The notes: generated by a model not told the origin, from the letters alone. A DNA stretch of 64,000 nt from Octopus vulgaris (GCA_951406725.2 OX597818.1:7130001-7194000), one strand, 5' to 3'; numbered from the stretch's first letter, positions 1-12,957 are shown. Numbers and translations are program-made.

Positions 1-510
1 ATCGGTCCTTTACTCAAGTGAGACACGGACCCTTTACAAACGTCATGTAAGGGTCCTTGAATGTTTCCATCAGAGATGTCTGAGACATATTCTGAATGTT
101 GGCTGAACGTTAGAAACTTCAGACACAGAGGACCGGAGAATAGCTGATATCTTGAGTATTGAGGCGATGGTACACAAGCACCGGTTACGTTGGACTGGAC
201 CCGTCATTAGAATGAAGGATAGCAGGGAACTAGTTAGTGCAAAGAGACCCCGGTAGAAACCAAGGCTGAGATTTAAGGACTGTGTCAAGTTTTCATTAAA
301 GGCCTGTGATATACAGGAGACTGAATGGGAGAGCAATGCCTTCCATTGCCACAAATAGAAGAAGGAGGTTAAGGAGAGGGTTGACACCTTTGAGGAAGCA
401 CGTATTCTGCATGAAGATTTACAGCGGGTGCTCGAAAGCGCACTACTAGTGTGGTGAATGGGGAAGATAGGTTTGCAGTGTTTGCTGTCGTGTAAGCTTG
501 TCCGGTAAGC
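1..510 (+). mobile_element. RTE-clade LINE, 3' fragment (RT C-terminal region), decayed
   Basis: Across stops and frameshifts it translates as LYSSET.TLYKRHVRVLECFHQRCLRHILNVG..., HRLRWTGPVIRMKD, KPRLRFKDCVKFSLKACDIQETEWE. These are typical post-RT motifs of RTE elements. Truncated by the window start. Confidence 0.85.
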
Positions 511-869
511 ATTTTCGACTTTCAGCAGTAATCTTGAACTTCGGTAGTCTGAGGAGCCTGATAGGCTGACAGTAAAGGTTACTTTCGTAGGTTGGATTAA
601 GGGTGGGGGGAACACTAAAGAGAAGAAAAATGAAAAGAAACAAGAGGAAAGGAAGGAAATGGAAGAATAGAACAAAGGACGTGGAGAAAAAAGGTGGAAA
701 AGTGTGGAATGGATGGGTAAACTGGAAAATAATGTAGAGTTAGCAAGTGTGAGCTCAATAAAAGAGATCAGTCGAATAAGCATAATAAAGTACAACAAAT
801 AAGATAAAATATCAAATATAGTATATAAAAAAATATAGAAGAATGGTAGACAGCAAGATGTGATGGTCA

Positions 870-1035
<166 letters not shown>

Positions 1036-2764
1036 CGTGTCTGTGCTTGTATTTTGTTGGGTTGCGCTTTTTCAGTACAGAACGTAAGGTGTCAAAACAC
1101 ACAGTTTAGAAAAGAATATTGTATAGAAACATGTATATATGTGTATTGTTACACATTATCGTTTCCTTATTGGTAAACGTTTCATCCATCAACAGTAGTT
1201 CTAATCGAGAAATCTGAAATGAATCAATACGCGGTATGTATGTGTGTGTGTATGTGTTTGTGTTTGTGTGTGTGTGTGTGTGTACGCGCGTGCGTGTGCA
1301 TGTGTGGTTGTGTGTGTGCGTATGCCTGTGCGCGCACGTATGTAAAATTTTGCTTTATATCTTGAAGCTTTTCCATTTTTTAAAAATCGTCATGGTGCTC
1401 TCCCTATTTATTGCAGAATACTATTTTAACATATTGTTCTTCAAGTCTTACAGGGAATTATTTTGTTTCTATGCATTTTTTTATTTAAAATGTTTCTCGA
1501 AGAGTCCTGTTTATACAATTTCCATTTCCTTCTGCTTTTTCATCGCCAAGATTATTTAGAAGCGAAATGAAATTATAATAGTTAATATTTTGAGAAGTCA
1601 ATCTGGTGAAACTTATAATGCTGAGAGGCAATGTAATGGTCTCAACTTCTGATCGCTAAACTTTACAATGGCTTACAATCTATTATTCATTATATTCCCT
1701 CTCTTTCTGTTATACAATCGCTCTGTCTTTCATTCTCCCTTTCTCTCATTCCCTCTATATCTTTCTCTCACTATCTCATTCTCATTCTCACTCACTCTCT
1801 CTCTCTTTCCCTAATTCTGGAGAAAAGCAAATATAAAAGAAATACCTACCAACGAAGTCTTCTGTTGCAAAACAATTAAATTAACATCGTAAAGTTGTCA
1901 AAGCTGTAACTAGGTTTTCGAGATATTTTTAGTTAAACATGAAATCACAAATTTTTACACGATGCCTGGAGATGAATACACTCACAAATACAAGCGCCCT
2001 TGCACATGCGCGCGCACACACACACATACGCACACACACATATACACACACACGCACGCACGTAATACTTGTACACACATGCGCATTCAGATACATGCAC
2101 ACAGATGCAAACACAGTAACATATATATGTGTCACCACATACCAAATCACAAATAATCTTATACCATGAAAGATCACACATAATTTAGTCAGAAACAGTC
2201 AATAAAATTTTACACAGTGGGAAACATATATGCGTTCATCCGCATACACACGCTTATGAGTGTATGTTTTGTGTGCTATTATGTATCCGAATACGAATTA
2301 TTTTGCAAGTGAGTGCATATCTGTACACATATTGCACATCTTATTTGTCAATGTGTACTATAAATAATAATGCACGCGAAAAAATATTCTTAAGGGAAAG
2401 AATGATATTAAGAAAGAATAGAAAACAATACTTCTTCATATGTTCCTATTTCACGTGACTTTGAAGCTACATATAAACAAATAAAAAGTTGCAACCGTAG
2501 GGAGGAGAGCATATATCGCCTGTAGATTGTATGCAAAATATAAAAACTGTATTAATATTATTCAGTATATCATTTGTATTCTGTATATACATTTTGGATT
2601 TTCCAATTATGGATTCACTGAGCGTATCTGACGACTGTGTTTCTAATCTTGATAAAAGGATTTCGTTACAAACTCACCGAAAAGATACTTGAGAGACAAG
2701 CTTTAATTCTAGTTGGTAGTTTCTTGTATTAAATCTGTCCTCCCCAGGGTTATTCAGACGTGGT

Positions 2765-2798
<34 letters not shown>

Positions 2799-2799
2799 T

Positions 2800-3001
2800 T
2801 TCAATAATTGGACTGCGGTCATGCTGAAACACCACCTTTAGTGGAGCAAATCGACCTCAGGACTTATTCTTTGTATGCCTAATACTTATTCTATCGGTCT
2901 CCTTTACGAACAGTTATGTTTTGGGGACATAAACACACGTCCATCGGTTGTCAAGCGATGGTGGGGGGACAAACACAGACACAAAGACACACATACATAA
3001 A

Positions 3002-3049
<48 letters not shown>

Positions 3050-3207
3050 CATATACACGATGGGCTTCTTTCAGTAACCGTATACCATATCCACTCACAA
3101 CCTTTGGTTGGCCCTAGGCTATACAAAGGAGTTACTTGCCAAAGTTGCCACACAGTGGGACTGAACCCGGAACCATGTGGTTGTGAAGCAAGCTTCTTAC
3201 CACGCAG
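2800..3207 (-). mobile_element. tRNA-derived SINE, family A (octopod OK/OR-type; exact family not determined)
   Basis: Reverse complement of the full-length copy at 52315-52740: head TGGTAAGAAGCTTGCTTC...GGTTCCGGGTTCAGTCCCAC, internal (TA)n, 3' part GACCGATAGAATAAGTA...GGTCGATTTGCT. Confidence 0.88.
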
Positions 3208-3211
3208 GTAC

Positions 3212-3556
3212 GAGCTGTTTAGGCTTAGCCCGAGTATAAATTTAGTAAAGTGAACGTGTATTTGCAAGCTGATTAAATGTCTGCCAACATTGACTTCAAG
3301 TATGTAATTGCAGCCCAATAAATCGGGCTCCTTTTATTGAGTCTCGTTGCAGTTCGTTTATTTTCGTTCGGCTACTGGCGGTTGTCTTAGAGATTCCGTG
3401 TGTAAAAAAAATATCATTCGAAGCAGTTGTTCCTTCGACGTCGACAGAAGTTAGAGCCCGAGTTGTTATCTATAATAGTAAAAATTAAAAGCAATTCGAA
3501 TTTAATGCTTTCTTGGAACAATAATTTTCTATAGAGATTGTGATTTCAATTCCAAT
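3212..3556 (+). mobile_element. Probable left subterminal region of the hAT element (second copy at 24224-24510)
   Basis: AGCCCGAGTAT.AATTTAGTAAAG.GAACGTGTATTTGCAAGCTGATT and TTTCTATAGAGATT...TTCCAAT are shared with 24258-24510. It lies directly upstream of the hAT ORF remnant. Confidence 0.55.
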
Positions 3557-4054
3557 CTATGAAGATTTTCCGTTCAACAATATTCTTAAAGAACCGAAAA
3601 ATTATCCAGCAACTGGGCTAATACAAACGAGTCTGGTAGGTGTAAAAGACTAACTCGCCTCTTTTGTCAGGTGTACAAGCGACAGTAAGAGATCGCTGAT
3701 GTTTGTTGTGCATTCCGCTGTCGTTATTTGATTGTTGTTATTTTGCGCGTTTCTATGTAAAGAACAGTTGTGTTTTGCAGGGTTGCTTTATTTTTATCCT
3801 TTAATTACTAATGAAGAAAGACATTGTGCTAGATATAAAGTAAGCTATTTAGGGCTAGAAATATTGCGGTAAAACGTGAAATTTTTCGAGCAGGCAGGTC
3901 GACATTTTCATTGAAGACTAAAGTAGGAACTCTAACATTCCAGATAAAAATATTATGAGCAGATTGATTGGCTTTGTGCAAGTAGTGTAACAGAGAAACT
4001 ATGTTTGTTGTTTCAACCAAAAGCTAATCATTTGTGGACAGATGGAGGCTATTA

Positions 4055-5663
4055 TCTCTCTATATATAAAACTCAGAATGTGTGTGTGTCTGCCTGTCTG
4101 TGTGTTTCCCTAAAACTTGAGAACTACACAACCAATTTCATTCAAATTTTACACATGCTTTACTTAGGGTCCATGTAGTTTCATGGGCAAATAAAATATT
4201 CAACTGCTTGCCTAGAGCGAGCCCATAGCAATATCATATCTTCCCCACTATTTCAGTATTACGTGTTAAATGTGAAACAAAAACATTTCTCTATTTTATG
4301 TCAGATACTTTCACTTTAACAATAAAAATTAGAGATAATAATAACAATTGAATTATATGTAGTAAGTAATATTTAAAATCAAACTAAAGTATAATATAAT
4401 CGTAACATAACAAAAGTAAAAATAGCAATTGGTATAACATTGCATCAATGACTTGAACTTGAATAAGTGGTTTCACATGAATGGGAATAAACTAAAAATA
4501 AAATTAGCATGCAGAAATGGAATAGTCCAGATGGAGCTGTGCACATACCGTTTACCACGGCTTTTACATTACATTATCTACTAATTAGCTAGCATTAAAT
4601 ATCTATATGAAGTTTGGCCGTATGTAACGTCTGTTTTCTCGAACAGCCGCTTCTACTGAGTACTGCTGTTGGTTTATTTCTTACACATAAAGAACTATAG
4701 CTTCAACTGCGTACTGCTTTTTGATTCACCGTAAGGTTTGTTGTTATTATTATTACTGTTTAACTATTGTTATCACGTTTGTTGGGTCCTCGTAAGGGAA
4801 TCGTTGCTGTGTTGCATTTGTTAAAGAATTGTAAACTGTAAGCCTCCCCCTTTGGGAGAAGGAGCTTTGGTTATTGTTTAAAAATTGAATTGTGTCCCTG
4901 TTTGTGGAAATTGACAATATTTTCACCGTTTATACGGAAGCATTTTGTTAGAATGCCTTCAATAGAAGAAAGTCCAAAAATGAATTTCGCTGCAGCCGTC
5001 GGCGGGCGGCGAACTCATTAAAATTAAAATGGAAGAAATACAAACCTATTTCGGATTGATCACCGACAAAGACGGTGAATCTTGGTTAACACCATTAAAC
5101 GAAATAAAAAATTAAATTAAAGAAAAGACTATTGTCTATAAAGTATACAATATAGAGAAAAAAAAGATTTAAACATCTGGAGGAAAGCACCATCGTAAAG
5201 TGCCTTGGAGCGACTATGAAAGATATCTAACCAGAGACGGTAAATTCGACACAATAGAAGCAAGGTTCGAGTCAACGGAGCGTGCAAGGGAGTACGCGAC
5301 TCGAATCTTGCAAAGTGGAAATATTTTATTTTTACCTTTATATCTGGGACGTAGGACGTCCCGGATAAAAATGTTAAATGTCCCCCCATAAGTAGAGGTA
5401 GGCTGGATTGTAGCCACACTTCTATACAAGAGGGAGGACAGGATACAATTGATCGAAATTGCAAGAGACGGGCCTACATTTCCAGTCTGTTATATATTTT
5501 GAGTATTGTTATCACTATCGATATCAAGATATAACTTTGTATTTTGTATTTTATGTGTAGATGTATATATATATAGATGTACATGTTATATGTACACATA
5601 TATATATACACATATATACATGCTCTAGCACTATGACCCGGCAACGACGGGTCATAATGCTAG
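4055..5663 (+). mobile_element. Non-autonomous Helitron, family H1, copy 1
   Basis: 5' end TCTCTCTATATATAAAAC; 3' hairpin ATGACCCG-GCAACGA-CGGGTCAT followed by AATGCTAG; inserted between A and T with no TSD. A near-identical inverted copy lies at 47672-49266. Confidence 0.92.
4953..5500 (+). pseudogene. ORF fragment captured inside Helitron H1 (resembles the N-terminus of a non-LTR ORF1/RRM-like protein)
   Basis: MPSIEESPKMNFAAAVGG...IKIKMEEIQTYFGLITDKDG...RYLTRDGKFDTIEARFESTERAREYATRILQSGNILFLPLYLGRRTSRIKMLNVPP*VEVGWIVATLL. Broken by stops and frameshifts. The ORF1 assignment is inference. Confidence 0.55.
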
Positions 5664-7785
5664 TAATTATAAAGATATTCTGTGTGGCTATAAGCACCAC
5701 AGTAAATCTGTGAGTTATTTAAGTAGTTATAAATGCTTGAAAACTTCCGAACTGTACAATATTTTGACAGTTATTAGTAAGTCTGCTAAACTGGAAAAAG
5801 AACGGCATAACAAAAAGTTGAAGAAAATAGACAATGTTTAAAGCAGTTAACAAATACATTGATATACCAGTGTAGGAGATGCTTTTACGTGGACATGATG
5901 AAGGAAGTGACAGCATTAATAGAGAAAATTACCATCGTCTATAGACTGTGCAATACATGCCCAACTGTCGATCATAATAAGATATGCATATAAAAACAAA
6001 ATATGTGAACGATTTCTTAGATTTCTTGAAGTCGGTGATGATAAAAGTGCTACAAGACAGACTGATGTGATCGCAGCTGCGTTGAACTCCTTCAGTGACG
6101 CTACGGATAAATTAGTGAGCCAGACTTACGACGAAATACCTGTAATGGCAGGGACGCTAAATGGAGTACAGAGCACGCTAAGGGATAAAGAATTTAAACA
6201 CGCGCACTTCATTCACTGCTATGTGCATAAACCTAACTTAGTTTTGAGTAAAAGTGCCGAGAAAGTGAGTGGGAAAGAAAGGGTCTTTTTTCATTCCCCT
6301 AGCGGGAAAATGTTTTCAGGCAGTTTATTATCAGTATTTCACCACTGTAGGAAATAAGATGATGCTATAGATCACGAACTGTGTCATCCATAAATCTATT
6401 GCATGAAAACTTGAAAAATGCCTTCACAAGTATTCTGGGCTTTAGTGAAATGTAGGTTGAAGAAACACTTTGTCAAACAGACAATCTATTGGCAATGTTG
6501 AATGACTTCACATTCATGTTTTGCATCAATTGCTTTCATAACATACTTTCCCAGGCTGGAAAAGTTTTTCATATCCCACAGTGTAGGGTACTCGAAACAA
6601 AGTATGATCACAGCAAACTAAATGACTTCATTCATTGTGTTGAAGCTTATGGTAAGCGCGAACATTATGAAAACATACTGCGCGATACAGTTGCTGACAT
6701 TGAACGGGCAGATGAATTCGATCCTCCTCATAGAAAAAGAGTCAGGGGATCACAAGTTAATTACAAAACTACCTACTTTGAAGTAGTAGAAAACATTCTA
6801 ATGTTCTTACCAGAGAGATTTTCTGGCATTCAGGAGTATGCATTTTTCTAATTACTAGAAGTTAATCTTGAAGAGTTTGCTAACTCATTTCCCATGTAAC
6901 ATCTTGAATCTCTAGAAAACAACTATCCATGCATTTTTTTGTTACTGCAAGAGCTTAGTGAACGAGCTAAAATATATGTATATAGACAGTGATTTCAAAA
7001 AGTGAAAGTCAATCAACTCCTTTTTAGATTTATTGTATAATTAGAATTGTCTTCCGCTATGCTGACCACCCCCTTAACATCAGTTGCCAATAAGAGAAGT
7101 TTCTCAACGTTGGATAGAATCTATGGATCTCTGAGAAGCACAATGTCCCTAGAACGGCTGTCTTCACTGGGTAGGTTTTCCATCCAGAAAAGCATGACAA
7201 GATATTACACGCATTCACCATCAAACCAAAACGAGTGGAGTTCATGTATAAACGAAGTCATTAATTTTTATATCAAAACTATTTCTTTCGTATTTGGATT
7301 TGCTTTGCAAGATTCTTTATGTGAATTCGTGTGTTGAAGCATATTTTATTGTGACTGGGGAGGATCATTCTCTTTTAGTGCCTTATTATTTAACAGACCG
7401 GTTCAATTTCCGCTCATTACTTACTTATTTTTTCTAAAATTTTCGTTGCATCTTTCATCTTTTCAAAAGTCGTTGACTCTGTCCGTTATCCGAGCTGCGT
7501 TCTTTTTGTTCGTTTGTGCGCATGTAGATGGGTCAGTATGCGTACGCATACACATATGTGGGTACGTATGTATGTATGCATGCATGTGTGTACGTTTGTA
7601 TGTATGTATTCTGCATATTCATGTGTTTGTGTGCGTGTATGTGCTTGTCTGTCCATATTATCTATCTGTTTGTCTATCCGTTTACATTCATATCCGTTTA
7701 CCTACATATATATGCATATACATATATATATAAGTATATAGATATATATCTATATATCGATATCCATATATATATATACATATAA

Positions 7786-9936
7786 CGGGAAGGTTTACGA
7801 AAATAAACAAAAGACGAAGGCAGGTGGAGTACAAACAAACAAATGTATTAGTATAGCGCTCAGGAATAGAAATAGAAAAAGTCTTTTACGTTTCGAGCCT
7901 ACGCTCTTCGACAGAAGGATACACAGAAAAAAAACATGGAGAGAAAAAAATGCGTGTAGGAGCTAACGATCTATCATGGCGTCCTGACGTGAGAAGGACA
8001 GTAGGGGAGATAACAGGGTCAAGTGACTTCCAAAATGAAGGTGCCCCTAACACAAAGGTGCGTGTGTGTATAAGAGAGTATGCATGTGCGTGTGAAAGAG
8101 GGCTAGTGGTCTGGACGTGTGTGTGTATGTATGTGTGGGTGTTGAGATGTGGGGATGGGTGTGTGGGTGGTGTGTTTTGATGTGATGTTTAATGTTGTAT
8201 GGTGTAGTGTAGTGTAGTGTGGTGTGATGTTGTGGGGAGGTGGGGAAAGCACAGGTGGGGAGTGGGTTCGGCTGGGGGTTGGGGTAGAACGGGGGTTGTG
8301 AGTAGGTAGAGGGTGGGGTTATATGTGGAGGGGTATGGGATATGGATGAGGTATGTGAGGGAGAGGTGTGGGATAGGGGTGATGTGTGTAGGTGTGTAGC
8401 GGAGGGTGTGAGGTAGAGTGGGGAAGGGGTGGGAAAGATAGGGAAGGTGGAGTAGGGGGAGGGGAAGGTGGGTATATGAGGAGAGAGAGGAGGAGAGAAG
8501 AGAGGGGAGCGGGAGATGGGGGAGGGAGGGGAAAAGAGAGGGGAGGGAGGGGAAAAGAGAGGGGAGGGATGGGGATGTAGAAGAAAGGGGAGAGGGGGAG
8601 GGGGAGGGGAGGGAGAGGGAGAGGGGAGGGGAGGAGGGGGAGAGGGGGAGAGAAGGGGAGTGAGGAAGCAGAGAGAAAGAGAGAAGGGGAAGTGGGAAGA
8701 AGAGAGAAGAAGAGAGAAGAGGGAGAAGAGGGAAGAAGGGGGAAGAAGGGAAAGAAGAGAAGTGGAGGGAAAGCGAGTAAGAGAGAAAAGATGTAGGACT
8801 GAAGAGAAGTAGGAGTCGGGGAGGAGGTTAGATGAAAAAGGGGGGGGGGGAAGTTGAGCCCAAATGGCGTAAAAGAGCGAAGAGAGAAGATTAATCTCTG
8901 TTCACGGCACAAGCGGGAATCCGGATGGCCTCTGTGCAAGGACAATCCGAACACAGATAGGTGTTGCAAGGAGTGACCGGTGGAGCGGAAATGCGTGAGA
9001 CTGGAGTGTCATTGGCGAGGCGGATGTCTCGGAGGTGTTCCGCGAACCGGTCAGCTAAGCGGCGTCCCGTTTGTCCGATGTACAGGGAATGGCAGAGAGA
9101 GCAGGAGATGAAATAGATGATATTGCTGGAGGTGCTGGTGAAGGAGTCGATGATGTGATAGGGTCGATGATGGGTGCCGGTGAGGAGGGTGGTGTTGGAG
9201 AGGTAAGGGCAAGTGCGGCAACGTGGGCGGGAGCAGAGGAAAGAGCCAGGTTGAGAGGTAGGGTCAGGGAAGAAGCTGTGGACCAAGAGGTCTCGTAGGT
9301 TATGGGCTCATTTGAAGGAGGGGAGGTGTCGGTTAGGAAAGAGGTGTGAAGTGGACGGGTCGGACTGGAGATGCCGGAAAGCTCGAAGAATGGTGCGTTG
9401 GAGAGATAGGGTGATGGGGTGATAAGTGTGGGGAAAAGGGAGGCGGGAGACTGCAGGGTGGGTTCGGAGGGGAAGGAAGCAGATGCACGGTCTACGGAAC
9501 GTGCTCTGGCAAGGGCGGTGTGGATAGTGGTGAGGGGGTATCCACGTAGGATGAAGTGGCGAGCCATGAGTTGAGACTGAGTCTCAAAGTCATGGTCGTC
9601 ACTATACAGCTTACGTAGACGGAGGAATTGGGAATAGGGGATGGAAAGCTTGGTGTGTTTGGAGTGGGAGGAAGAGAAGTTTAGGTATGAGTGTGAGTCT
9701 GTGTGTTTGTAGTGAATGGAGGTGGTAAGAGTGGAGTGATGAATGCTGACCGAAATGTCGAGGAAGGAAACAGAGGTGTTGGAGATAGTGCAGGTGAAGT
9801 GGAGGGCAGGATGGAAGGAGTGAACGAAAGAGAGGAAGGAGTCTAGATGTTCGCAGGAGAGTGAGGTGGCACCGATACAGTCGTCAATGTAACGACCGTA
9901 TAGTTCGGGATTGGGACCAGCGAAACTAGAGAATAT
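7786..9936 (-). mobile_element. Penelope-like element, family P1, 5'-truncated (RT C-terminus + GIY-YIG + 3' UTR/pseudo-LTR)
   Basis: Minus strand reads PELYGRYIDDCIGA (RT catalytic motif), then MARHFILRGYP, CSRPRCRTCPY and NIIYFISCSLCHSLYIGQTGRRLADRFAEH (GIY-YIG). C-rich 3' UTR, hammerhead-like motif at 7883-7918, and both ends abut (TA)n. Confidence 0.93.
7883..7918 (-). ncRNA. Minimal type I hammerhead-like motif of P1 (core CUGUCGAA)
   Basis: Minus strand: CCTT CTGTCGAA GAGC GTAG GCTC GAAAC GTA AAAG. Confidence 0.6.
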
Positions 9937-9972
9937 TATATATATATATATATGTATGTATATATATGTGTG

Positions 9973-10004
<32 letters not shown>

Positions 10005-10032
10005 TATATATATCTGTTTATCTATCTATATA

Positions 10033-10211
10033 GGGAGAGTTTATGAAAAAAACAAAAGATGAAAACAGGTGGTGTACAAAACAAACAGATGTATTAGTAT
10101 AACACTCAGGAATAGAAAAAGTCTTTTACGTTTCGAGCCTACGCTCTTCTACAGAAAGGGACACAGAAAAAAACAAGGAGAGAAAAAAATGTGTGTAGTG
10201 GCTAACGATCT

Positions 10212-10215
<4 letters not shown>
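10033..10215 (-). mobile_element. Solo terminal repeat (pseudo-LTR) of PLE family P1
   Basis: Matches 7786-7977, is flanked by (TA)n on both sides, and contains CTGTAGAA GAGC GTAG GCTC GAAACGTA (10123-10158). Confidence 0.88.
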
Positions 10216-10248
<33 letters not shown>

Positions 10249-10439
10249 GCACATACACACATACATACGTCTACATAACAGCCCACTAACTACTCTACTT
10301 GTATATATATGTATGTATATACTGTGGGCACTGGGGTATTGGTGTATTTGAGTATTGGTGTATTGGGTATTGTGGGTATTGTGGGTATTGTGGGTATTGG
10401 GTATTAGAGTATGGCTACCTACTACGTATATTTCCTATT

Positions 10440-10780
10440 TAGTACTGGGACCGTTTCATTTATGAAGACATACTCCTGTATTTAGGCCTTCGGGTGATTG
10501 GATAAATTGCGGATGTCAGGTTGACGCAGTGATCGTTCATGTTGGTCTTTGACATGTTAGAAGAGTATGGAGAACGTTTAGTGTCGTCATATTGTCTCAA
10601 ATAAACATTTAGTCTCTCCACAATGCTCCTAGATGTTTCACCTCTATATATCATGTTTTTTTCTTTACAAGCACAATCTATGCACCTTATGCAGTAGACT
10701 ACATTTCTAGTTCTACGGTTAATGCCAGGGTTAGTCTTACATACCATGCAGTTATAAATGGCGCGTGTTGTATTATCAAA
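10440..10780 (-). mobile_element. Penelope-like GIY-YIG endonuclease fragment (family P2)
   Basis: CMVCKTNPG...RNVVYCIRCIDC...IYRGETSRSIVERLN: a GIY-YIG module preceded by a Cys motif. Confidence 0.8.
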
Positions 10781-12305
10781 GGCGTACATACAGACTGATC
10801 TCTAGATATCCCATGACTAGGTTGGCAAAGGAGGGGGCCATTCGTGTACCCATCGCAGTCCCCGATTCTAGAAAGATATGGCAGCCCTTTCTCCATCTAC
10901 ATAGAAAACAACTGGAAGAGATATCTAGATGACTGTTTCATTCTTTGGCATAAAAATATAGAAAAACTCATAGAATTCCAAGAAATTTTAAACGGACTGG
11001 ACGTAAACATCCAATTCACGATGGAATATAGCCAGCAACAACTCCCCTTCCTCGATATCCTCATTAAGAAAGCTAATAATGTAATAGAAACAGACATATA
11101 TTATAAGCCTACAGATTCTAAGCAATATCTTCCATTCAATTCATGCCACCCCAGACACACCAGGATGAATATCCCCTTCAATCTAGCAAAAAGGATATGC
11201 ACTATAGTCTCTAATGCAAACACCAGAGACACACGACTACAAGAACTAAAAGATACCCTTATCACCAGGAACTATCCACCTTCACAAGTGCATTCAACGT
11301 GCCCTTCAACTTAACATCAAGGAACTGAGACATCCCAAATCAAAGAAAAACTTACGACCAAAAGCCTTACCATACATCTCCACACACAACCCTCTCAATA
11401 ACGAAGCCTTCGGCACCATCCTCCACAACATACCGCTCCTAAAAAAAGACCACAGAATGAATACAATCCTCCAAACACACACGATCATAAAAAGCAAGAG
11501 ACAGCCTAAACCTATGAAAAGTCTCCTAACACAAGCCCGAATTCACTCTTCAACACAGAAGCCGACAGTAAAAAAATGTGGAAGACCCAATTGCGGGATA
11601 TGCGATTATCTAATTGAGGTATCAGAGTTCTCCTTCAAACAGGGACAACGGTTTACAGTGAAAAGCAACTTCACATGTACTTCGGAGAACCTAATATACT
11701 CACTAACCTGCTCCGGGTGTCAAGAGCAGTACATAGGCCAAACAAAAAATAGTTTGCGTAAAAGAATGGCCCTGCACAGATCCCAGATAAAAATTCCCCA
11801 AAACAGAAAAATAGCTTTCAGCCAACACATAGATACTTGCGCCAACAACAAAACACCAGGCTTCAGGAGTTTCCCCTCTACCAATTTAGGGACGATACAA
11901 CCTCGAGACAACGAATAAGTAAAGAAACTCTCTTTATTACAAAATACAGGCCACTTCTTAACGGGTCTACGACAAACGATTAATATACCTCAACTTTAGA
12001 ATAAAAGAAATACACACACAAATATTACATTCCAAAGAATCCATTACAAATCAGCCCCAATCACAGCTATAATCCATAACATGCCAACTTCAAGTCATAC
12101 AACACCTCACTACTTTCACCCATTCATATTCTCCCTTCTCTCTTTTTTCTTCTTCTTCTTCTTCTTCATTATCATCATTATCATCATCATCGTCGTCATC
12201 ATCATCACCATCATCATCATCTTCTTCTTCCCCTTCTCCTTCTTTTTCTTCTTCTTCTTCTTCTTCTTCTTCTTCTTCTTCTTCTTCTTCTTCTTCTTCT
12301 TCTTC

Positions 12306-12336
<31 letters not shown>

Positions 12337-12832
12337 ACATCGTCATCTTCTTCTTCTCCATCTTCTACCTCTTAACTTTATCACTAATGCTTTTTAGTAT
12401 AACACCTACGCAAATTCCATAAACAAACCTTTCAATAGAAATATTCTCCTGAATTGAACTGCGACTGCTAGTCGCCATTGACCATTCAAAATTCGACCAT
12501 CAGGGCACTCCCAGATTTTACCACCCCCTCTCCTCATCAGCCTTCTTCTTCTTCTACCCTACCAAGAATTCACAACGACCTCGAACACACAAGTGCAAAC
12601 AAGGGAGACAGAGAAAGGCAGAATGCCTCTTATATTTGGACACTATACAAATATTCCTTTAAAAAAACTTTATTTGTAATTTTTCTAAATTTAATTATTT
12701 AATCATAACAGTTGAAAAGGTCTCAAAATGACCGAAACCGGTACTGAAATGTTCTTTATAAAATTATTTTAGCATTTTCTATTTTGACTTGTTTTTTCAT
12801 ATATATCAACTCGTGTGTTCCTTTTCACCCTT
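10781..12832 (+). mobile_element. Penelope-like element, family P3, 5'-truncated with an inverted 5' segment (10781-10864)
   Basis: WKRYLDDCFILW, IQFTMEYSQQQLPFLDILI, TDIYYKPTDSKQYLPFNSCHP (RT); CGRPNCGIC...NLIYSLTCSGCQEQYIGQT (GIY-YIG); 3' UTR with (CTT)/(CAT) repeats; hammerhead-like motif at 12709-12746; ends at (TA)n. Confidence 0.93.
12709..12746 (+). ncRNA. Degenerate minimal hammerhead motif of P3
   Basis: CAG-TTGAAAA-GGTC(TCAAAAT)GACC-GAAACCGGTA-CTG: stem I CAG/CTG, stem II GGTC/GACC, palindromic ACCGGT stem III. The CUGANGA core is mutated. Confidence 0.55.

Positions 12833-12957
<125 letters not shown>

Larger units (their letters stand above)
3811..7260 (+). pseudogene. Decayed hAT (ZMYM1/DUF4371-type) transposase, interrupted by a Helitron at 4055-5663
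   Basis: TTF-type zinc finger remnant (YYEQIDWLCASS...LWTDGGY|YNYKD...HHSKS); central motifs LVSQTYDEIPVMAGTLNGVQ and AHFIHCYVHKPNLVLS; C-terminal hAT dimerization motif LTTPLTSVANKRSFSTLDRI...LRSTMSLERLSSL. Many stops and frameshifts. Confidence 0.88.
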
